A stretch of 63,749 nucleotides of DNA, the filler included. It is 4 parts of 4 records of this genome, joined end to end, with 100 filler letters (N's around TTAATTAATTAA, not from the genome) between each part and the next. Parts side by side here need not be neighbours in the genome. Positions count along the whole stretch, not along the records: positions 37,685 to 50,038 come from DRR723986_9373; positions 50,139 to 63,749 come from DRR723986_9375; 2 more parts are not named here. The stretch is one strand, 5' to 3'. The notes beneath the pieces were generated by a model. It ran no database searches, had not been told where the DNA came from, and was given only the letters and a program-made list of their open reading frames with translations. Of the stretch, positions 48,950 through 57,422 are shown one piece after another; positions within the stretch are counted from its first letter, which is position 1, and every line of letters starts with the position of its first letter. Both the position numbers and the translations under genes were made by a program.

Positions 48950-49245
48950 CTCACGGCGAGGGGGTAGGTGGGGGAAAGCCAGATCGATGCGGATGGTGCG
49001 GGTGTAGGGCAGCTGCCCGAACCTCGGTCCCGCGTCTATTTTGCTTTTGGGGCAGCAGGCAAAGGCCTCGGCCCCATCTTCAAAGGCCGCCTGGCCGACA
49101 AAGTGAATTTCTCAGGGATGGAACCCGGCACAAGCCTTGCACACAACAATGGTAGCTACTATCAAAATGATAGGTGCTTTCTGCACTAATTGAAGCGTCT
49201 GATTGTATTTGAGATTAATAAAAATGCTTAGAGGATTAACATTAT

Positions 49246-50038
49246 ATGCGGCTTGTATTGTTCATCGGCCACCACAAAGTTGGATCATCATCCTTACAGG
49301 ATTATCTGGCGCGAAACTCGGCGAATTTGATAAAACACGGTGTTCTACACCCGTTTGTTGATTTTGAAGGAATGAGTTATTTCGCGGCCACAGCAAGCGG
49401 AAAACCTGTCCCCAACAAACCGCTACCGGATAATATCAAGGCCCCGCATAATGCGCTCGCATTTCGTCTCATGGCAGCCAGCCATGACAAGGGGCGCGTT
49501 CCGCCTTGGCACAAAATGCTCCCGGCGATTCCGCAGATGAAGCACGCGATCCATCAGCAAGTTCGTCAATTCGAACCTCACACCATCATTCTTGCCTCTG
49601 AGGTGTTCTCGAATTTTTCTGCAATGTCCCCCACATTGGTCGAGCACATTGCCAATCTGTTCCCTGACGCGGAAACGACGGTCATAGCAACGCTGCGAAG
49701 AATTGATGATTACCTAATTTCATGGCATGGTCAGCGCCTAATGTTTGGGCACAAATTAGAACCTTTGCGGAGTGTGGGTGCTAAACCTTATTTTGGTGAA
49801 ATTCACTTTAACTATTGGCGGATGTTGGAGCGATGGTTGGCCTGCTTTCCAAAAGCTGAGTTCGTTATTCAAGATTATGCAGATGTCCTAAAATCCGGCG
49901 GTACTGTAACCAATTTTTTTCAAGCAGCAAAAATTAAAACCCCGCACAAGATGTACCCGGAAGTCAAGGACAACGTCTCTATTCATCGCGGCCTCTACGA
50001 AATTTCGAGGTTGGCCAACCATGATTTGCCTCATCCCG
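49246..50038 (+). CDS. sulfotransferase-like P-loop protein, probably surface-polysaccharide related (3'-truncated)
   Basis: LFIGHHKVGSSSLQ PAPS-binding-like motif, ILASEVF and LRR.DD...S. Confidence 0.7.
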
Positions 50039-50138
50039 NNNNNNNNNNNNNNNNNNNNNNNNNNNNNNNNNNNNNNNNNNNNTTAATTAATTAANNNNNN
50101 NNNNNNNNNNNNNNNNNNNNNNNNNNNNNNNNNNNNNN
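50039..50138. other. artificial contig spacer
   Basis: 44 N + TTAATTAATTAA + 44 N. Confidence 0.99.
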
Positions 50139-50179
50139 GCGGCCTTCGGTCAAGGCTGCTACTGTCATAGGTAAACCCG

Positions 50180-53100
50180 TCAGTTGGCGGCGTTTTCAAG
50201 CGCCGGTTTGATTGTGGTTTGCAAGATCGTCCGAGCACCCGGGAGAGTGCCGCCGGGTACCTGTCGGATAGCCGCTCGCGCGCCCTGGCTGTCTATGTCC
50301 CCTCGGGCAATTTGGGCGGCGATAGTCGCGAAGTCCTGCAGGTTCCCGACCGTTGGCCCAAGAAACGCCCCGGCGGCATTCCGGCTTGCGTATCTCGAAA
50401 CGTCGGCGCCTCTGTCTTCGTCTCCTGCGATGGCTTGAGCCGCAGACTTGACCCCGAAGGGAGAGCCCATTTTTTCCGCCGTGTTAGAGACATCCATAAG
50501 GACCGTTGCAATTCCGGTTCTGTCGAAGCCGTCAGCGATCCAAAGGCCCGGATTATCGGTTAGACGGTCAGCGGCTTCAAAGTCCCCCCGCTCAATGAGC
50601 TTGAGGTAAGAAACCATCATGCCAAACGCCGTTCCAAACGCCAGGAACTCGGCAAGGTGTTTCGGCCGTCCCTGCAGGCGAGACAACAATATGCGCTGAT
50701 GCGCGGCCAGACCGAAGCTTTTGAACTGCATTGCAAGCTTTCCGGCATTGGAGCGTGCCCAGAGCGGTTTATCTGCAATGCCCGGTGTAACGACCCCGCC
50801 ATCAGCCTCTTTGCTCAGTGCCGCACCTATGACCCGGCGCGCGTCCGTATCTTTCCAGGCTCGGAGATTGAGCCCCCATATCCCGCCATCATTCACCGCG
50901 AATTTGTCGATTTGATCGGCAATCCGGGTTGCCATCGCCTCGTCAATACCGAGCTTGCCGAGATAGCCGCGCTCATATTTTGAGAGCTTGGCAAAGGAAG
51001 CCTGTCGGCCGACTGTCCCCCACTTGGTCGGAAGTTCCTCCAAACTGCCAAGCGTAAGGCGGGCGATCTTGTTACCAGCCTGCAGCGTGACAATTGTTTT
51101 CATGGTGTCGTTCCAACGATCAAGGAACGTCAGCCGCGAAAACGTGGATGAAACGTTGCTCATGAGCCGATCAGCGACATTGCCGGCCGCATAAGGGTCA
51201 TGCAGTTCCGCCAGCTCAGCCAACCGGGTTTGGAGAACCGTTTCCGTGATTATGCCCCACTCGCGGGCGTCACGTTTTGCGATCCTTGCCGCCTTGGTGG
51301 TCGACACAAGGCCCGTTAATCCGTCATCCATGAATGACCGCAAGCCTTGCCGAGTCATGACACTCGCCATGTCGGGCAAGCTGGAAAGCAAGACACCGCC
51401 GAGCAGTCGGATATAGTTCCACCCCAAAGCGAGACGGGTGAAGGTCGACCAGGCGGAACGCTCTTCGGCCGCCCGATAGGTCCCCCGCAACATGTCGCGA
51501 AACGCCTCAATGTGGGCAATGTCAGCACGTTCCCGGTTTTCCAGGCTCTTCAATGCCTTTTCGCCTTTGGTCTGTGCCCGCAACGCCGCATAGTCGTCAG
51601 TTATGGCCTTGATCTGGTCTTTCATGTCAGCCCGGCCGAATGCCCGGGTCAGCTCCACTTCTGACGCCATTTGCCGCACATACCGCCGGGCAATCATTTC
51701 CATGTCATTGACAAGGAAGCCCTCTATTTGCTCGTCAGGAATGTGAAGCGTCCGACCCTTCAAAGGTCCGCGGCTAACAGGCACCATCCAGTCGGGCACG
51801 TCCTCGACCTGTCGGCCGGTGATTTTGTCGAAGGTGCTTCCCACGATTTCGTCAACGTAGCCGTCAATGTCTAAGTCGTCGGCAAAGTACAGCTCTTCGC
51901 CCCGATCCTTCGGCAGCATTGGCTTGAGTTTATCAACTTTCGCCTTTGCCTTTATCACCCGTTCGTCGGCCTTGTTCTTGTCGGCCCGGAGCGCTCGCAA
52001 CTCTGCATCCATGTCCGGCGTCATCCGCCCTTCGGCTTCAACGCGTTCAATGGCCTCGATCCGGTTTCCGATCCGGGCTTGATCGTACCGGCCCTTTGCG
52101 AAAGCCTTTCGGGCGTCGGCGAAATCGACCAAGATTTTGACCGTTGGCGAGGCATTGGCCTGCTGGCGCACCTCGTTGATTTTCGCCTCCAAGTCATTCA
52201 GCTCATCCGCAAAGCGGTTGGCTTCTGCTTCGGCAATGAGACGTTCGGCCGAGATTTCGTCGGTAAGTCTGTCGAACTCTTCCAGCTCACCCGTCATCCT
52301 GCCGATAGCCTGGTCAAGATCCGACAGCTTGTCTTCTTGCTTCAAGGCCCGGCTCAGTCGCTCGCGCACCTGTTTAACCGTTGCGTTTGAAGGCAAGCCG
52401 ATGCTTTCCAACCATTGTTCCGCGTTTGCCTCAAGAGCTTCGCGCGCAGCTTCGGCCGCCAACTCGTCTTCAGTGCGAAGTGGTGCGCCGGCCATTTCAT
52501 CACGGATCGCCGCCAAGATTTCATCCGGGTCAGCGTAGCCGTTCTGGTCTGTGTGCATCCGGGCAAGCAACGGGTCTTCCCGCGCAACCAAGTTGTCGAC
52601 CGCTGACAGGCCGCCTTCCTTTCGGAACAAGCCCGGGGCAGTCTTCGGGGTGACCCCCATATGCCTTAGCTCTTGGTCCAGCGCAGAGCCGATCTTAACG
52701 CCGCCTTTCTGCGACAGTAGAGACAGCACAGGACGCTTTTGCCCGGCCTTCACGGATTGGGAAGCCTCTGCCACTGACCGCACCATGACATCGTCATCAG
52801 CCGCTTGCTTTGCCGCAGCAAGAACCGTTTCAGGAACGCGGCCCCGGAGCACGTCAAAGCGCTGGCCTTCCTTCCGGCGGATCGCTGATAGTTTGCCCTC
52901 GCGAACCTTCCTGCGATTGGCCAGGCGTTCGTCAACGGTCTCGACACGCCCGAGCGCACGGCTTAGCTGTTCGTCAACGTCAGATGCCCGGTTGATGTTC
53001 TTGGCAATCTCGATTTCCTCTTGCCGTGCAATCGCCCTGTCGACCTCGCCGCGAATGTACTGCTTGAGGATGCCCCGAAACTGCCCCTCGCCTGCAAGGA

Positions 53101-54385
53101 TCTTTCCCCGGTCATACATCCGGTAAAGATAGCTTGGTGCGGTGGTCACCTTCACGCCTTCCGGCAAAAGGCGAACGCCCACAGCCTCGTCCTTCAGCGG
53201 GTCCGCTACGTCTTCGCGCCAGGACCGTGCGACAGCTTCAACGAACTCGTTGCCGTCAACGTCTTTGTCGCCGCGTCGGGTGGCACGGGCTACGGCCGCG
53301 TCAAAGTCCGCCTGCTTCCCGGTGAACCCTGCTTTCCGTGCCGATTTGAAGCCCTCGCGCCTTTTCACAATGAACGTTGCAAGGTTGCCTTGGTAACGCT
53401 TCATCGTGCTTTCCACCGCCGGGCCAAGTGTTCGGCCTTCCAACTCGCCCGCCGTGCCGACGTGGTTTTCTGCCAGCTTCAGGAACGTGGTGCGGGACTT
53501 CATGGAAGGAGAGGTTAGAAGCTGAAGCCCCGGGTTTAGGCGTACAGCCGCCGTTGCGTTCGCAATCGCCTTAGCCGCACGGCCGCCACCAATCTGCAAT
53601 TCCTTTTCCCAATCGACCGTATCAAGGTCATCGGTTGCCGCAGAACCAGCACTGCGCAGCTTCCGGACAATCTCTTGCGAGACTTGTGCAGGATGCGGCG
53701 TTGCGTCGGCCAAGTCCTCTTCAAGCGCGTGGCTGAATTTTGCCCAATCCGACCGGCTGAAGATTTGAGCGCCAGCAGCGCCGAGCACCCCGCCCAGAAT
53801 GACAGAGCCGCCGACCACATAAGCACTGTCGCCCGGGTCGCGGGTCTGTTGCGTCAGGTGCAACGCGCCTTCCTGCAAAGCTGCGCCCGCACCGGACGCC
53901 ACGCCGACGGATAGAGCAGAGCGGCCGACGAAGTAGCCCGCGCGCCCAGCCTTCGCCAATGCGCCGCCTGGAAGCAATAGCGTAGGGCTGGCAACACTGG
54001 CGAAAATCTCGGCACCTGTACCGCCCCAACCGGCCGCCTCAATGGTTTCCCGGTCACGCTTTTCCCGGTCAATATCGGCCTTGATGGCTTCCACGACGGT
54101 TGCGTTTTGGGCTTCAAGGAAGCGGTCGGAATGCTCTTCATAGCCCTTCAAGTCACCGTTGGTGAAAGGGTTATATTCCGGATCAACCCGGAAATATTCC
54201 CGCTTGTCGAGGTCAAGAGCTTCTGAGGCGAGCAGTGAACCGACTTCATTTTCTGACCGGAACGCAGCACCCGTGGCGCCGAAGAAGCCGGGCTTTTCCA
54301 CTCGATCACCAGCCCGTGCGTTCAGATCAAACGGAGTGTAAGCCCCCGTGTCGCTGGAAACGGGGCTGTTCTTATCAAGCGGCAT
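50180..54385 (-). CDS. large internal virion (DNA ejection) protein
   Basis: 1401 aa, Ala/Gly-rich helical, last and largest of three genes after tail tubular B; C-terminal GKLAMQFKSF. Confidence 0.75.
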   Translation of the reverse strand: MPLDKNSPVSSDTGAYTPFDLNARAGDRVEKPGFFGATGAAFRSENEVGSLLASEALDLDKREYFRVDPEYNPFTNGDLKGYEEHSDRFLEAQNATVVEAIKADIDREKRDRETIEAAGWGGTGAEIFASVASPTLLLPGGALAKAGRAGYFVGRSALSVGVASGAGAALQEGALHLTQQTRDPGDSAYVVGGSVILGGVLGAAGAQIFSRSDWAKFSHALEEDLADATPHPAQVSQEIVRKLRSAGSAATDDLDTVDWEKELQIGGGRAAKAIANATAAVRLNPGLQLLTSPSMKSRTTFLKLAENHVGTAGELEGRTLGPAVESTMKRYQGNLATFIVKRREGFKSARKAGFTGKQADFDAAVARATRRGDKDVDGNEFVEAVARSWREDVADPLKDEAVGVRLLPEGVKVTTAPSYLYRMYDRGKILAGEGQFRGILKQYIRGEVDRAIARQEEIEIAKNINRASDVDEQLSRALGRVETVDERLANRRKVREGKLSAIRRKEGQRFDVLRGRVPETVLAAAKQAADDDVMVRSVAEASQSVKAGQKRPVLSLLSQKGGVKIGSALDQELRHMGVTPKTAPGLFRKEGGLSAVDNLVAREDPLLARMHTDQNGYADPDEILAAIRDEMAGAPLRTEDELAAEAAREALEANAEQWLESIGLPSNATVKQVRERLSRALKQEDKLSDLDQAIGRMTGELEEFDRLTDEISAERLIAEAEANRFADELNDLEAKINEVRQQANASPTVKILVDFADARKAFAKGRYDQARIGNRIEAIERVEAEGRMTPDMDAELRALRADKNKADERVIKAKAKVDKLKPMLPKDRGEELYFADDLDIDGYVDEIVGSTFDKITGRQVEDVPDWMVPVSRGPLKGRTLHIPDEQIEGFLVNDMEMIARRYVRQMASEVELTRAFGRADMKDQIKAITDDYAALRAQTKGEKALKSLENRERADIAHIEAFRDMLRGTYRAAEERSAWSTFTRLALGWNYIRLLGGVLLSSLPDMASVMTRQGLRSFMDDGLTGLVSTTKAARIAKRDAREWGIITETVLQTRLAELAELHDPYAAGNVADRLMSNVSSTFSRLTFLDRWNDTMKTIVTLQAGNKIARLTLGSLEELPTKWGTVGRQASFAKLSKYERGYLGKLGIDEAMATRIADQIDKFAVNDGGIWGLNLRAWKDTDARRVIGAALSKEADGGVVTPGIADKPLWARSNAGKLAMQFKSFGLAAHQRILLSRLQGRPKHLAEFLAFGTAFGMMVSYLKLIERGDFEAADRLTDNPGLWIADGFDRTGIATVLMDVSNTAEKMGSPFGVKSAAQAIAGDEDRGADVSRYASRNAAGAFLGPTVGNLQDFATIAAQIARGDIDSQGARAAIRQVPGGTLPGARTILQTTIKPALENAAN

Positions 54386-56904
54386 TACTGGCCTGCCTTT
54401 TCAAGTTGGTTGAACTCTTCGGCCGCTCGGCTCATTTCGTCCAATGGAGCGCCGCCCGGCTGTTCAGATGGCCGCAGGCTGTCGCCCAGGGCTTTACGTG
54501 CTGTCGCGTCTTCACGTTCCTGCAGGTATTGCGCGCCGTTCTGCTCAAAATCGGCGGCTTTCCGCGCTTGTTCCGCAGCGATCGCACCCGGTACGTCAGC
54601 TTTGAAAGCAAAGGGCAGTTGCTGCAACACGCCGTCTTTGTCGACATACTGCAGCGTCAGACGCGGTTCCCGCTGTGCGCGGTGGTCAGCAACCGTGTAT
54701 TCGTTGCCCACGAGGTAGAACCGCTTTGCGTCTATGCCTTCCTCTTTCAGAGCGGCTTTGACCTGATCGCCGATGTACTCGTGGCCGCTATCCCCTACCG
54801 GCGGATAGAGCTTTTCAACCGGGTATTTCAGCACCACGCCGGAACCGTGCGGGGAATATTCGGACGTTCCCCACGTGCGGGACATGCGTTCAAACGCCAG
54901 CTTTTCGGCCGCATCCAGATCGCCCCCGACTTCCCCGAGGCTTTCCTTGAACAACTGCCGGAACTCGGAAACCGCCAAGGCCTTGCCCTCTTCCGAGGTG
55001 CCAAGGTCCGGACCGATGGAAAAGACCCCCTTGTCAAAGAACCCTTCCACCCGGGTTGCGTCGATCTTCTTCAAATGATCCTTGACCGGCTGGCTGTCCA
55101 ACAGCGCGTCACGCTGCTTTATCGCTTCCGGGCTGTTCAGTTCGGCCAATCGCTGACCGGCTTGCACCGCATCCAGGCCGAGCCCTTCTGTGTAGAGCCG
55201 CCACTTGGTTGCCGCGTCTTCAAGCTCCGCACCGTTATCGGCACCGCGCACGGCCTGCGGGTTCATCGAATAAAGAGCCGCAGCCCGCTCATATGCCGCG
55301 CCTACCTGCAACGGGTCGGTGCCCCTCAAGCCGTTCCGCACAAAGTCAACGTAAGGCTTAGGGACAACGCCTTTGCCGGCAACAATGGCAGAGGCAACCC
55401 GGTCCGGATCTTGTTCCGTGCGCATTGCCTGCTGGTAGACCAGCTCAGCGCTTTTCCTGTCGTCAGGGTCCAGCGGATTGGCGGCCGCCCCGCTGTTCGC
55501 CCAATCAATCGCCTTGCGCTCTTTCTCCCCGTCTTTAAGAGCGCTGTTCAACGAGTTGATAAGCGTGGCTTTCTGGCCATCGTCTAAGATCGCATCGTCA
55601 AGAACCTGCTGACGGTCGACAGTCAACGGATCGGTGGCAATCTGCAGGCGGTAAGCGTCCTGGCGGTCAGAAGCGACCGACACAAGATCGCGTTGCGACT
55701 GATCGTAGAGCTTGACTTGGTCCTCATACGAGATCCGGTCTAACCGCTCTTGAACTTCAGGCGGGGCGTTCGGGATCGAGACTTTACCCCGGATAATGTC
55801 GGCCTCTTGTTGCCGACGTTCTGAATTGACGCCGCCGTTGTCACCTTTCAGCCCCTCGACCGCCGCCGCGATTTGCTCAAGATCGCCAGACCTGACAGCC
55901 GCATGGAGCCGGTCAGGAACTTCCCCATAGTTGTACGTGATCGAGGAAAGCGCAGCTTGCGCCCGTGGCGGCAACCGTTGCCAGGCATCCGCACCAACCT
56001 GCTTAACCGCGATAGCCTGAAACTCGGCAATGCGGCGTTCCAGATCGCGTTCAGCGTCCGCCCGGGTTATCACCGTGTCCTTGGTGACTTTGACGACTGT
56101 ACCATCTGCCTTTGTCACCGTGTCGGAGCCGTACCCCACACGCCAACCGGAAAACTGCTTCCCGTCATGCCCGCCAGTGTCGGCATAGGCCTTGGTTTCA
56201 AAACCTTCACGCGAGCGGATCAACGAACCGGCATCGATAGCAGACACGCCGAACAACTCAGCCCGCTCGGTGGCCGGCAGCGTTTCAGCCCAGGCAATCG
56301 ACGCCATACGTTCCCAAGACTTGAGGGCGTTTTGTTTCTCGATGTCAGGCAGGCCGCTTTCCGTGATCAGCGAGCGCCCGACCTCAAGAGCCTCATCATA
56401 GGTATTCGGGTTTGCTCGAATGCCTTTCGCCAACTGGTCGGAGCCTTCGGCAATGCCCTGCTTAAAGTACCGGGTGCGCTCTTGGAGCTCGGTTTTGGCA
56501 AAGCGGTTTGTGTATCGGTTCCGAAGGTCCGCAACATCAAGTTTAGCCTGTGCCCTTGCGCCTTCCGGCAGGCTTTGAATGAACGCCGTAGCGTCCTGAT
56601 CAAATTTCGCCTGCATCGACTTGGTGTAACCAGCGGCGCCAGGCTGCAGGTTGGTTTGCGCTTCAAGCTCTTTCTGCGAAAACTGCCCTTCGAAATCGAG
56701 CCAGCCTTTTTTGCGCTGAAAGTCGTCAATCTCGTTTTGCCGGCGTTGCGACAATTGAGCGAGTTGGCCGACCTGCCCGGCTGACTGCTGGATCTGACGG
56801 CCGAGCCCTTCCACCGCCCGCCCCTGCGCCGTGTCGGCGATGACGGTAGGTTGCCGCACCCCAGGCAGTGCCCGGTTGCTGCGGTATCTGTCGAAGTTTG
56901 CCAT
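54385..56904 (-). CDS. internal virion protein with a GH24 lysozyme domain
   Basis: IRSREGFETKAYAD...WRVGYG, ITRADAE..L, AL.SITYNYG and RRQQEA embedded in a helical protein. Confidence 0.8.
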   Translation of the reverse strand: MANFDRYRSNRALPGVRQPTVIADTAQGRAVEGLGRQIQQSAGQVGQLAQLSQRRQNEIDDFQRKKGWLDFEGQFSQKELEAQTNLQPGAAGYTKSMQAKFDQDATAFIQSLPEGARAQAKLDVADLRNRYTNRFAKTELQERTRYFKQGIAEGSDQLAKGIRANPNTYDEALEVGRSLITESGLPDIEKQNALKSWERMASIAWAETLPATERAELFGVSAIDAGSLIRSREGFETKAYADTGGHDGKQFSGWRVGYGSDTVTKADGTVVKVTKDTVITRADAERDLERRIAEFQAIAVKQVGADAWQRLPPRAQAALSSITYNYGEVPDRLHAAVRSGDLEQIAAAVEGLKGDNGGVNSERRQQEADIIRGKVSIPNAPPEVQERLDRISYEDQVKLYDQSQRDLVSVASDRQDAYRLQIATDPLTVDRQQVLDDAILDDGQKATLINSLNSALKDGEKERKAIDWANSGAAANPLDPDDRKSAELVYQQAMRTEQDPDRVASAIVAGKGVVPKPYVDFVRNGLRGTDPLQVGAAYERAAALYSMNPQAVRGADNGAELEDAATKWRLYTEGLGLDAVQAGQRLAELNSPEAIKQRDALLDSQPVKDHLKKIDATRVEGFFDKGVFSIGPDLGTSEEGKALAVSEFRQLFKESLGEVGGDLDAAEKLAFERMSRTWGTSEYSPHGSGVVLKYPVEKLYPPVGDSGHEYIGDQVKAALKEEGIDAKRFYLVGNEYTVADHRAQREPRLTLQYVDKDGVLQQLPFAFKADVPGAIAAEQARKAADFEQNGAQYLQEREDATARKALGDSLRPSEQPGGAPLDEMSRAAEEFNQLEKAGQ

Positions 56905-56915
56905 TCAATGCACCG

Positions 56916-57419
56916 TCAGTTTGTGAGTGGGCGTTGATAGAAGGAGTTGCCGATAGTGCTAACTGCGCCAGTCACACCGCCCAGAACCGCGCCGAATGCG
57001 GCAGTTTTACCGGCCTTGCGTGCCGAGGTTGCCCGCTCCCGGGCTGTGTTGGCTTCAAACGTCAGGTTGCCCCGTTCGCCTTCGGCCCCGTAGCGGATCG
57101 CGTCCAACTCTTTCCCGGCCTCAAACTCGTTATCGTCCATCACGTCGACCAGTGACCCGGTTTCAGATAAGCCGCGCTCGGCACCGGCCGCACGGTTCTG
57201 CCCCTGTATCCGGCGCAATCTGTCGGTGACGTTCTTTCGCTCGAAAGACGCTTGCGTCTGATTGACTTCCTTCTGGCGCTCTGCCAGTTCGGCGCGGCGT
57301 TCTTCTGATTTGGCTTCTGCTTCCGCCTGTTGCCGGATGCCTTGCGCCTGGACCATGCCACCCGCGAGCGTCCCCACAGCGGAGACGGCCGTCAGGGCGA
57401 GCGTTACGGGATCGCACAT
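56916..57419 (-). CDS. small internal virion protein (T7 gp14-like position)
   Basis: MCDPVT start, Ala/Gly-rich hydrophobic ends and a coiled centre. Confidence 0.8.
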   Translation of the reverse strand: MCDPVTLALTAVSAVGTLAGGMVQAQGIRQQAEAEAKSEERRAELAERQKEVNQTQASFERKNVTDRLRRIQGQNRAAGAERGLSETGSLVDVMDDNEFEAGKELDAIRYGAEGERGNLTFEANTARERATSARKAGKTAAFGAVLGGVTGAVSTIGNSFYQRPLTN

Positions 57420-57422
57420 TTT

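Noticed and set aside
54235-55587. 450-aa plus-strand ORF (also 55873-56784, 57930-58841 and 60755-62314)
   Set aside because: Antisense shadows of well-supported phage genes in GC-rich DNA; no recognisable motifs.
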